Source of the DNA: Gaiellaceae bacterium
GTDB lineage: Bacteria > Actinomycetota > Thermoleophilia > Gaiellales > Gaiellaceae
Assembly: GCA_045806365.1 (NCBI GenBank)
Contig: JBJMJL010000030.1
Span: 1 to 43,000 of the forward strand
Length of the DNA stretch: 43,000 nt
Direction of reading: 5' to 3'
The notes beneath the pieces were generated by a model. It saw only the letters and a list, made by a program, of their open reading frames with translations, did no database searches and was not told the origin of the DNA. Every line of letters starts with the position of its first letter. Position 1 is the stretch's first letter. This document shows, piece by piece, positions 24,550 through 32,436 of the stretch. The position numbers were made by a program, and so were the translations under genes.

Positions 24550-26374
24550 CGCCGGACTCTATTCGCCGACGGGTGCACCAAATCCCGAGCTCGTCGACAC
24601 GATGCGTGCCGCGCTCGTGCATCGCGGTCCCGACGAAGGCTCGACGGATGCCTTCGGGCCTTGCGTGCTCGGCCACCAGCGATTGAAGGTGCTCGATCTC
24701 GACACCGGCTACCAGCCGGTCACGAACGAGGGCGGCGACGTCACCGCCGTATTCAACGGCGAGGCGTACAACTTTCGGCAGCTCCGTGAGCAGCTGCGCG
24801 GTCACGACGTCCGCGGCACGGGCGATACGCCCGTTCTGCCCCACCTCTACGAGGAGAGCGGCCCGCAGTTCGTCTCGCGGTTGCATGGGATGTTCGCGCT
24901 CGCGCTGTGGGACGCGACACGGGAGCGGCTGGTGCTCGCGCGCGACCGGCTCGGCAAGAAGCCGTTGCTGTGGACGCGGCTCGACGACGGGACGCTGGCG
25001 TTCGCATCGGAGCTGACGGCGCTCTTGCGCCTGCCCGGGATCACGCGCGACGTCGACCTCGAAGCGCTCGACGCGTATCTCGCGCTGCAGTACGTCCCGG
25101 GCAACGGCACCGCGCTGCGCGGCATCCGCAAAGTCCCGCCTGGGCACATCCTCGTCGCCGAGGGCGGCGGCGAACGCATCGAGCCGTACTGGACGCTCGA
25201 GCCCGCCGAGCCGAGCACGAGCGATGACGACTGGCTGCAACGCGTGCGCTCGACCGTCGCCGAGGCCGTCCGTCGGCGGCTCGTCGCGGACGTGCCGCTC
25301 GGCGCGCTGCTCTCGGGGGGGATCGACTCGAGCGTCGTGGTTGCGCTGATGGCGGAGGCTTCGTCGCAACCCGTCCGGACGTTCACCGTCGGCTTTGCCG
25401 ACGAACGGTACGACGAGCGGCAGTACGCGCGGGCCGTCGCCGAGCGCTACGGAACCGTGCACGAGGAGCTCACCATCAGCGAGGACGTCGCCGCCACGCT
25501 GCCACGCCTGGCTGCCGCTTACGGCGAGCCGCTGGGCGACGAGGCGGCGTTCCCGACCTTCCTCATCGCCGAGCAGGCACGCCGCCACGTCACGGTCGCC
25601 CTGGCCGGTGACGGCGGCGACGAGGCGTTTGCCGGATACGAGCGCTACATCGCGCACGCCCTCGCGGAGCGCGTGCCCGGCGTCGCCGCGCGGGCCGGCG
25701 CGGCAGCGGTCCGGCTCGTGCCGTCGGCGCGCCGCGAGCCACGGTCGACGCTGTATCGAGCGGCCCGCTTCCTGGACATCGCGGGCTCCCCGCGGCGCGA
25801 GCGCTACGGCCGGCTGATGCAGGTCTTCCCGCTCGAGCTGCGGCGCGAGCTTTGGCTCGACCCACGCCACGCAGCACCGCTGCGCCTCGAGCCCGAGCGC
25901 GAGGGCATCACCGGCCTGCAGCTGCTCGACGTCGCGACGTACCTCCCGGACGACCTCCTGCTCAAGGCCGACATCGCGTCCATGGCGCACTCGCTCGAGC
26001 TGCGCTCGCCGTTCCTCGACCACGAAGTGATGGCGCTCGGGCTCGCGCTCCCGGCTCACCTGAAGACGCACGGGCGCGAAGCGAAGGTGGCGCTACGCCG
26101 CGCGTTCGACGCGCAGCTACCGCCTCAGGTCGCGCGGCGTGGGAAGAGCGGGTTCGGCGTCCCGCTCGGACGCTGGTTCCGCGAGGACCTGCGCGAGCTC
26201 GCACGCGAGACCCTGTCGACCGGCCGCGGCTGGTTTCGCGACGACACCGTCACCCGGCTGCTGGACGAGCACGAGGCCGGGCGTGCCGACCACGGCCACC
26301 GTCTCTGGTGCCTCCTGATGCTCGAGCTCTGGGTGCGCGAGCACGTCGAGGCGCCGGCGCTGGTCGCACGTTGA
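24539..26374 (+). CDS. asnB: Glutamine-hydrolysing asparagine synthase family amidotransferase (AsnB-like)
   Basis: The N-terminus 'CGIAG' immediately follows the GTG start and supplies the Ntn nucleophile Cys2. 'LLSGGIDSSVVVALM' is the PP-loop (SGGxDS). The length of 611 aa fits the family. Confidence 0.9.
   Translation: MCGIAGLYSPTGAPNPELVDTMRAALVHRGPDEGSTDAFGPCVLGHQRLKVLDLDTGYQPVTNEGGDVTAVFNGEAYNFRQLREQLRGHDVRGTGDTPVLPHLYEESGPQFVSRLHGMFALALWDATRERLVLARDRLGKKPLLWTRLDDGTLAFASELTALLRLPGITRDVDLEALDAYLALQYVPGNGTALRGIRKVPPGHILVAEGGGERIEPYWTLEPAEPSTSDDDWLQRVRSTVAEAVRRRLVADVPLGALLSGGIDSSVVVALMAEASSQPVRTFTVGFADERYDERQYARAVAERYGTVHEELTISEDVAATLPRLAAAYGEPLGDEAAFPTFLIAEQARRHVTVALAGDGGDEAFAGYERYIAHALAERVPGVAARAGAAAVRLVPSARREPRSTLYRAARFLDIAGSPRRERYGRLMQVFPLELRRELWLDPRHAAPLRLEPEREGITGLQLLDVATYLPDDLLLKADIASMAHSLELRSPFLDHEVMALGLALPAHLKTHGREAKVALRRAFDAQLPPQVARRGKSGFGVPLGRWFREDLRELARETLSTGRGWFRDDTVTRLLDEHEAGRADHGHRLWCLLMLELWVREHVEAPALVAR
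24556..24561 (-). promoter_or_regulatory. Candidate -10 box TAGAGT, 6 nt upstream of ATG 24549, located inside the asnB coding sequence
   Basis: On the minus strand the sequence reads TAGAGT-CCGGCG-ATG. Confidence 0.4.
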
Positions 26375-27591
26375 GACGCGCTCACCTGTGGGTGATCGCC
26401 GCAGCCGCGGTCGCGCCTCGCCTCGTGGTCCTACTGCACGAGCGCAAGGAGATTCTCGCCGCGTTCACGGACAAGAGCGACGACTTCGCACAGGCGTTCG
26501 TCCAGCATGGGACGTTCGGCCTCGTCCCGGGCGAGCCGTCGGCGTACACGCAGCCGCTGTACGGCTTCTTCCTCGTGCCGGTCTACTGGCTCGTCGGCCG
26601 CGAGTGGTGGGCCGTCGGGATCGTGCAGATACTCGTCGCGACCGGCACCGCCTTCCTCGTCTACGCGATCGGGGCGCGCATCCTGTCGCGCGCCGCAGGC
26701 ACGTTCGCGGCGGTCGTGTCCACCTTGAACCCGTACCTCGTCTGGCACGACGTCCACCTCAACCGCGAGGTCCTCGACCAGCTCGTCGCCGCGGCGCTGG
26801 TGCTGTGCGTTCTCGTCGCAGCCGAACGCCGCTCGGTGCCGTGGGCGATCGCCGCCGGCATCTACGGCGGCCTTGCGATCCTCGGCAACGTCCGGCTGGC
26901 GCTGTTGCCCGTCGTGCTCGCGCTGTACCTGCTCACGCGCACCGGTTGGAGCTGGGCGCCGCTCGCGCTCGTCGCCGCGGCGGGGGTGACGGTGATGCCG
27001 TGGGTCGTGCGCAATCGCGTCGAGGTCGGCTGCTTCGCGTTGACGACCGACGGCCGCGCGCTGTGGAAGGCGAACAACCTCCAGACCTACGATCTCCTGA
27101 CGCACGGGAAGTGGATCGACGACGTGCGCGACCCGCCGGGACACCCGTTCCCGAATCCCGAGGAAGCGCGCGTGATCTACGCGCGCGGCGACGGCAAGGT
27201 GGACGTCGACGAGTGCGCGAACCAGTCGTACTACCAGCAGAAGGCAAGGCGGTTCGTCCGTGAGCATCCAGGGGCGAAAGCGAAGCTCGCGGGCCTGGCC
27301 GTACGGATGGAATGGGATCCGCGCACGACCGCTTCGGCCACGGACTCGGGTCACGGCGCGATCCGCTCCTGGGCGCAGCCGGTCTACACCTCGGTGCTCT
27401 ACGCCCTCGGGTTGCTCGGGCTCTTCTGGGCGCCGCGGCGATTCGCCGCGCTCGTGTTGCTGGTGCTCGCGTACCAGACGCTGGCGGCCGTCGTCTTCGT
27501 CGGTGCCACCCGTTACCGGATCACGACGGACTTCCTGATCGCGCTGCTGGCGGCTGCGGTGTTCGAGCGCGTGCGGCGGCGGCACGCGTGA
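26371..27591 (+). CDS. GT-C-like polytopic membrane glycosyltransferase (paralog B)
   Basis: TTG at 26371 lies in a TTGA overlap with the asnB stop; GTG at 26392 is an alternative. Long identical runs with paralog A include 'AFTDKSDDFA', 'PSAYTQPLYGFFLVP', 'PYLVWHDVHLNRE' and 'TTDGRALWKANN'. Confidence 0.75.
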   Translation: MRRAHLWVIAAAAVAPRLVVLLHERKEILAAFTDKSDDFAQAFVQHGTFGLVPGEPSAYTQPLYGFFLVPVYWLVGREWWAVGIVQILVATGTAFLVYAIGARILSRAAGTFAAVVSTLNPYLVWHDVHLNREVLDQLVAAALVLCVLVAAERRSVPWAIAAGIYGGLAILGNVRLALLPVVLALYLLTRTGWSWAPLALVAAAGVTVMPWVVRNRVEVGCFALTTDGRALWKANNLQTYDLLTHGKWIDDVRDPPGHPFPNPEEARVIYARGDGKVDVDECANQSYYQQKARRFVREHPGAKAKLAGLAVRMEWDPRTTASATDSGHGAIRSWAQPVYTSVLYALGLLGLFWAPRRFAALVLLVLAYQTLAAVVFVGATRYRITTDFLIALLAAAVFERVRRRHA

Positions 27592-28613
27592 GGGTCGTCC
27601 ACGTACACCGGATCGGCGGGATCGGGGGCTCCGAGCGCCACCTGCTGACGCTGCTGCCCGCGCTCGCCGACCGCGGCGTCGACGTGCGCTTCGTCGGGCT
27701 CGACGATCCGTCGCGCGCGCCGGATCCCTTCTACGCCGCGCTGACGGTTCCGTCCGTGCGGCTTCGCGCCCCGCGCGACGTCGATCCTGCCCTGGCATGG
27801 CGCGTGCGCCGGGCACTGCGCGGCGCCGACGTCGTCCACACGCACCTCGTCCACGCGGACCTCTACGGCGCGCTCGGCGCACGGCGGCTCGTGTCGACGA
27901 AGCACAACGACGACCCGTTCCGCGCCGGTCCGTTCCGCCTCGTCGAGCGGGCGCTCGCGCGACGCGCGGCGCGCGTCATCGTGATCACGGAGGCGCTGGC
28001 GCGGTTCCAGGTCGAGCGGGTCGGCCTGCCGGAGGCGAAGCTCGAGGTCATCCACTACGGGCTGGACGAGGTACCGCGCGCATGGGGGACGAATCCGCCG
28101 GACCGCGTCCCGCCCGACGTCCCCGTGCTCCTCTGCGTCTGCCGCCTCGAGCCGCAGAAAGGCGTCGACGTCGCCATCGGCGCGCTCTCCGAGGTCCCCG
28201 ACGCCCACCTCGTCGTGCTCGGCGAAGGCCCGCAGCGAGCGGAGCTCGAGCGGCTCCGCGACGAGCGCGTGCACCTCCTCGGACGTGTGCCCGACGTCGC
28301 CGCGTGGCTGCGGCGCGCGGACGTGCTCGTCCATCCCGTTCGCTGGGAGGGCTTCGGGCTCGCGGTGCTCGAAGCGATGCTGGCCGGGCTGCCGGTCGTC
28401 GCGACGAACGTCAGCTCGCTGCCCGAGCTCTTGGGCGACGCCGGCGTGCTCGTCCCCCCGAACGATGCCTCTGCGCTCGCCGCCGCCGTCAACCGCGTGC
28501 TCGGCGGCCCGGGTGATCTCGCCGAGCGCGGGCGAGCGCGGGCCCGCGCCGAGTTCAGCGTCGCGAGGATGGCCGACCGGACGCTCGCCGTCTACGAGAG
28601 CGCTTCGCGATAG
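27588..28613 (+). CDS. GT4-family glycosyltransferase
   Basis: 'VHPVRWEGFGLAVLEAMLAGLPVV'. The GTG start lies in the GTGA overlap at 27588-27591. Confidence 0.9.
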   Translation: MRVVHVHRIGGIGGSERHLLTLLPALADRGVDVRFVGLDDPSRAPDPFYAALTVPSVRLRAPRDVDPALAWRVRRALRGADVVHTHLVHADLYGALGARRLVSTKHNDDPFRAGPFRLVERALARRAARVIVITEALARFQVERVGLPEAKLEVIHYGLDEVPRAWGTNPPDRVPPDVPVLLCVCRLEPQKGVDVAIGALSEVPDAHLVVLGEGPQRAELERLRDERVHLLGRVPDVAAWLRRADVLVHPVRWEGFGLAVLEAMLAGLPVVATNVSSLPELLGDAGVLVPPNDASALAAAVNRVLGGPGDLAERGRARARAEFSVARMADRTLAVYESASR

Positions 28614-29674
28614 AGCAGCTCGGTCCGGTCGGTACAGCGCTGCTGCAGGAACTGGTCGAGTGCGCGGCGGCGGCCGGCGAGGCCCATCTCCGCCGCGCGC
28701 GGCAGGTCCGACGCGAGCCGCACAATCGCATCGGCCAACGGCGCCGCTTCTCCCGCCGGAACGAGACTCCCCGTCACGCCGTCTTCGACGAGCTCGCCGA
28801 GACCGCCGATCTCCGCGGCGATCACCGGCCGTCCGCGCTCCATCGCCTCGAGCGCCACCATCCCGAACCCCTCGCCCATGGAGGGGACGACGACGATCGC
28901 GGCCTCCTCGATTGCGCGCTGCACCGGCGCGACGTGACCGCGGAAGCGGACCGCGTCCTCGAGCTCCAGCTCCTTCGCGAGCGCGCGCAGCGCGGGCTCG
29001 AGCGGGCCGCGTCCGGCGATGTCGAGCTGCAGGGCAGGCACCCGCCGCCGCGCCTCGGCAACCGCGCGCAGCAGGACGATGTGGCCCTTGATCGGGATCA
29101 GGCGGCCGACGCAGAGCAGCCGCGGCACCCCGCCGCGGTATGCCGACGGCTCGCCGTCCGGCTCGATCCCGTAGTGGACGATCTCGAAGCTCGCGCCGTC
29201 GAAGCCCTCGACCTCTTCGAGGTAGCGCGCGAGCCCGCGGGAGATTGCGATGTGCATGTGCGCGAGGCTCGCGATCGCGCGGTCGCCGAGCGCGAAGCCG
29301 CGGTTCTCGCGGAATTCGTTGAACCCGTGCTTCGTCGACACGCGAATCGGAACGCCGGTGACCGCGCCGGTGAGCTGACCGTAGACGTCCGCATGCACGA
29401 GGTGCGTGTGCAGGATCTGTGGACGGCGACGGGCGAGGTAGCCGGCAATGCGGAAGAAGGCGACGGGGTCGACGTCGGCCGCCAGCGGGATCGAATCGAG
29501 CGGGATGCCGCGGGCACGCAGCTCGCGCGCGAAGTCCCAGGCACCGGGCTCGTGCTCGTGCAGCATCAGGAAGCGGATGTCCCAGCCACGCTCCTTCAGT
29601 TGCGGTAGCAGTGCGAGGAGGTGCGCCTCCGAGCCCGAGATGCCGGCGACCTTCTGCAGGTGCAGGACGGTCAT
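28592..29674 (-). CDS. GT4-family glycosyltransferase (paralog of 27588..28613)
   Basis: 'VVPSMGEGFGMVALEAMERGRPVI'. It shares 'HTHLVHAD' and 'STKH' with the convergent neighbour. Its ATG lies in the ATGA overlap at 29671-29674. Confidence 0.9.
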   Translation of the reverse strand: MTVLHLQKVAGISGSEAHLLALLPQLKERGWDIRFLMLHEHEPGAWDFARELRARGIPLDSIPLAADVDPVAFFRIAGYLARRRPQILHTHLVHADVYGQLTGAVTGVPIRVSTKHGFNEFRENRGFALGDRAIASLAHMHIAISRGLARYLEEVEGFDGASFEIVHYGIEPDGEPSAYRGGVPRLLCVGRLIPIKGHIVLLRAVAEARRRVPALQLDIAGRGPLEPALRALAKELELEDAVRFRGHVAPVQRAIEEAAIVVVPSMGEGFGMVALEAMERGRPVIAAEIGGLGELVEDGVTGSLVPAGEAAPLADAIVRLASDLPRAAEMGLAGRRRALDQFLQQRCTDRTELLYREALS

Positions 29675-30666
29675 GCGGAGGCCGCCAGCACGCCCTCGGC
29701 CCAGGTGTCGACCGAATGGCGCTCCGCGACGCGGGCGCGCAGCGCCCGGCCGATCGCGGCCCGCTCATCCGCGCCGACCGACGCGAACCACCGCAGGCGC
29801 TCTGCGAGGCTCTCCGCCGAATCGCGCTCGAACTGCAGCGGGTAGCCCTCGAAGAGCTCGTCGAAGACGGGATTGGACGCGAGCACCGGCAGGCACGCGG
29901 CCGCGGCCTCGTACACGACCTTGTCGGGCGCGCCGGCTTCCATGTTGTTGATCAGGACGTCGGCGCGCGCAAAGAGCTCTGGCACCTGCGCGCGCGGCAC
30001 CGCGTCACCGAGCGGGACGCCGAAGCTCGCCAGGTCGTCGCGGTGCCTGCGCTCGAGCTCGCTCAGAGCGGCGCCGTGCAGCTCCACATCGACGCCCGCG
30101 ACGGCTTTTACTGCCTGCAGAATCGTGTCGATCCCTTTCGCCGGCGAGTAACGGCCGAGCACGAGCGCGTGCACGCCCTCCCGCGCGCCGCGATCCGCGC
30201 AGCTGAACTCGCCCACGTCGATACCGTGGCCGATCGGCCGGACTTTCGGAGAGTCGAGCGGAAACGAGCGGCGGTCGACGCTGACGATCGCGGTCGCCAG
30301 GCGCTCGGCGGCGCGCAACTGGCGCGTCGCCTTCCAGTGCGTGTACCAGAGCACGAGGGGAATGCGGCGCGGCCGCACGAGCGGCGCCGCCAGCAGCACG
30401 TACGCGGGAATCATGTGCGCGACGACCGCGTCTCCGGGCAGTGCGCGCGCGAGCTCCCGCTCGAAGCGCAACGCGCGCGCAGGCCGCGACGAGGCCCCGA
30501 ACGTCCGCACGTCGACGTTCGCCGGCAGGTCGGCGCCGTCGGCGGACTGCGCGACCACCACGAGCTCGTCGACGCGCGCCGCGAGCGCGCGCAGCTTTGG
30601 AATCGTCGCGGCGAGCGCCGGGTGTGCGGGATCGACCGCCTGCGTGAGGAAGACGAGCCTGTGCAT
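29671..30666 (-). CDS. GT-B fold glycosyltransferase (GT4/GT1-like, divergent)
   Basis: The N-terminus 'MHRLVFLTQAVDPAHPAL' and the C-terminus 'VLINNMEAGAPDKVVYEAAAACLPVLASN' fit a GT-B fold. ATG at 30666 shares one base with the upstream TGA (TGATG). Confidence 0.65.
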   Translation of the reverse strand: MHRLVFLTQAVDPAHPALAATIPKLRALAARVDELVVVAQSADGADLPANVDVRTFGASSRPARALRFERELARALPGDAVVAHMIPAYVLLAAPLVRPRRIPLVLWYTHWKATRQLRAAERLATAIVSVDRRSFPLDSPKVRPIGHGIDVGEFSCADRGAREGVHALVLGRYSPAKGIDTILQAVKAVAGVDVELHGAALSELERRHRDDLASFGVPLGDAVPRAQVPELFARADVLINNMEAGAPDKVVYEAAAACLPVLASNPVFDELFEGYPLQFERDSAESLAERLRWFASVGADERAAIGRALRARVAERHSVDTWAEGVLAASA

Positions 30667-31541
30667 CAAAAGAAGTCCGTGTCGCCCAAGGTGAACCGCC
30701 AGGCGCTCGGGTCGGTGCCGAGCTTTCCCGCCAGCGCCTTGCCCATGAAGTGGAGCGTGCGCGGTGTCGGCACGAATCCGCAGGAGAGGTACGCGGCGTG
30801 CTCGCCGGGGCCGGGGACGGCGAGCAGCAGGCGCGTGCCGGGCCGGACGCCGGCGATGCACGCGCGTAGCAACCGCCGCACCGGCCCGACGAGGTCGGCG
30901 ACGAGCGCGACGCGACGCCCGCGGTGGCGTTTGTGGCCGAGGACGGCGTAGCCGCCGCCGGCGCGGTACGCGACGTAGTCGCGAGGCGAGTCGAGGTAGC
31001 GCCAGTTCAGATAGGCGGCGCCGCGGATGATGTGGTTCGGCCAGGCGGACGCCGCATCCACCTCGTCCGCGAACCGGTCGACGCGCTCCGCGGCCTTCCC
31101 GCCGACGGGCACGGGGCGCGCCCAGATGCGCAGGCGCGCGATCTCCGTCCAGCCGAGCGGACCGAGGAAGAGCGGCGCGGTCGGGGCAGACGCGAACGCG
31201 AGCACGACCGCTACACTCCGCTCCTGCGCCTCCTGCTCGTGCTTGCGTTCGAGCGCGACGAAGATCCCGCGTCCGCGCGCAGCGGGATCGGTCGTCGCGT
31301 GGACGGAGAACGAGGCAACCCTTTCCTCGCCGTCGAGCGCCATTCGATAGAGGGAGTGCGAGGCGACGCCGATCACACGGCCGTCGTCGCGCGCGACGGA
31401 CATCAGCGATCCCGCGGGGTTGCGCGCGAACCACCAGTCGAACTCGGCGCCGCTGAGCGCATCGTCGCCCCAGGCGTCGCCCAGCAGGCGGAGGTAGTCG
31501 TCCCGTTGCGCGGGCTCGTACGCCGCCAGCTCGTAATCCAT
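30666..31541 (-). CDS. GNAT-family acyltransferase
   Basis: The 'ARGRGIF' acyl-CoA-binding Q/R-x-x-G-x-G/A motif follows beta strands 'VIGVASHSLYRM' and 'VASFSVHATT'. ATG at 31541 shares one base with the upstream TAA (TAATG). Confidence 0.7.
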   Translation of the reverse strand: MDYELAAYEPAQRDDYLRLLGDAWGDDALSGAEFDWWFARNPAGSLMSVARDDGRVIGVASHSLYRMALDGEERVASFSVHATTDPAARGRGIFVALERKHEQEAQERSVAVVLAFASAPTAPLFLGPLGWTEIARLRIWARPVPVGGKAAERVDRFADEVDAASAWPNHIIRGAAYLNWRYLDSPRDYVAYRAGGGYAVLGHKRHRGRRVALVADLVGPVRRLLRACIAGVRPGTRLLLAVPGPGEHAAYLSCGFVPTPRTLHFMGKALAGKLGTDPSAWRFTLGDTDFF

Positions 31542-32431
31542 TACTTCGACGACGTGCCGAGCGCCGCGTTGAAGAGGCGGCGAGCGTGCGTGCCCGAGAC
31601 GGTGTCCTTGATCGCGATCAAGTCGCATGCACCGGCCAGCACGAGCTCGAACGTGCGCGACGAGTAGGGCTCGATGTTGTAACGGCGCAGCTGCAGCGGA
31701 TCGGTCGACGGGGAGTTCGCGCCGGAGACCGCCGTGAACGCGACCTCGTAGCCGGCCTGGCGCACGAGCGAGAGATGGACGGGCTTGTAGTGCGCCTCCG
31801 AGCCCTTCACGTACGAGAACGCACGCACCGGACGGCCGAGCAGGTCCTCCAGACGAAACTTCGACAGCGCAATCTCTCGCGCCGCCTCGTCGACCTCGAG
31901 ATCGGCGAGTGGACGGTGCGAGATGCCGTGCGACTCGATGCGGATGCCCTGGCGCTCGAGCTCGGCGAGCTCCTCTTGGTCGACGGTTCGGTTGCGGATG
32001 CCCTGCACGGCGAGCCGCTCCTCGTGCGGCAGCGGCAGGGGGTCGCCGAGGTAGCCGATCGGCACGAACAGAACTCCCGGATAGCCGTACTTGCGCAGCA
32101 CGCGCGCGGCGTTCTCGAGGTTGTCGTGATAGCCGTCGTCGAAGGTGATCAGCACGGCGTGCGGCGGCAGCGGCTCACCGCCGACGTAGTGCGCGAGCAC
32201 AGCGTCCAGGTCGACGACGCTGTACCCGAGCTGCCGCAGCTGGTCCATCTGCTCGTCGAACAGCGACACGGGCATCGTCAGCGGGTTGCCCGGCAGGTCG
32301 TTGACCTTGTGGTACATCAGGACGCGCAGGCTGCGGCTGCCGTTGCCGTTGGCGCCGATCGCCGCCGCGGTCTCGCCGATCGTGCGGTAGACCGAGTTCT
32401 TCAGGACCTGCTTGATCCGCTCGGCGCGCAT
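31541..32431 (-). CDS. Polysaccharide deacetylase (CE4), no signal peptide, predicted cytoplasmic
   Basis: 'LRVLMYHKV', 'VLITFDDGYHDN' (motif 1) and 'ESHGISHRPL' (motif 2). ATG at 32431 lies 5 nt after the upstream stop. Confidence 0.85.
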   Translation of the reverse strand: MRAERIKQVLKNSVYRTIGETAAAIGANGNGSRSLRVLMYHKVNDLPGNPLTMPVSLFDEQMDQLRQLGYSVVDLDAVLAHYVGGEPLPPHAVLITFDDGYHDNLENAARVLRKYGYPGVLFVPIGYLGDPLPLPHEERLAVQGIRNRTVDQEELAELERQGIRIESHGISHRPLADLEVDEAAREIALSKFRLEDLLGRPVRAFSYVKGSEAHYKPVHLSLVRQAGYEVAFTAVSGANSPSTDPLQLRRYNIEPYSSRTFELVLAGACDLIAIKDTVSGTHARRLFNAALGTSSK

Positions 32432-32436
32432 CGCGG

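Noticed and set aside
23606-26071. 821-aa ORF antisense to asnB
   Set aside because: The asnB frame carries unambiguous catalytic motifs (CGIAG, SGGIDS). The antisense translation is Arg/Ala-rich with no recognisable domain.
27513-29768. 751-aa minus-strand ORF covering both convergent GT4 genes
   Set aside because: This is a shadow frame. Both GT4 frames carry E-x7-E blocks and coupled starts. The long ORF is Arg/Pro/Ala-rich.
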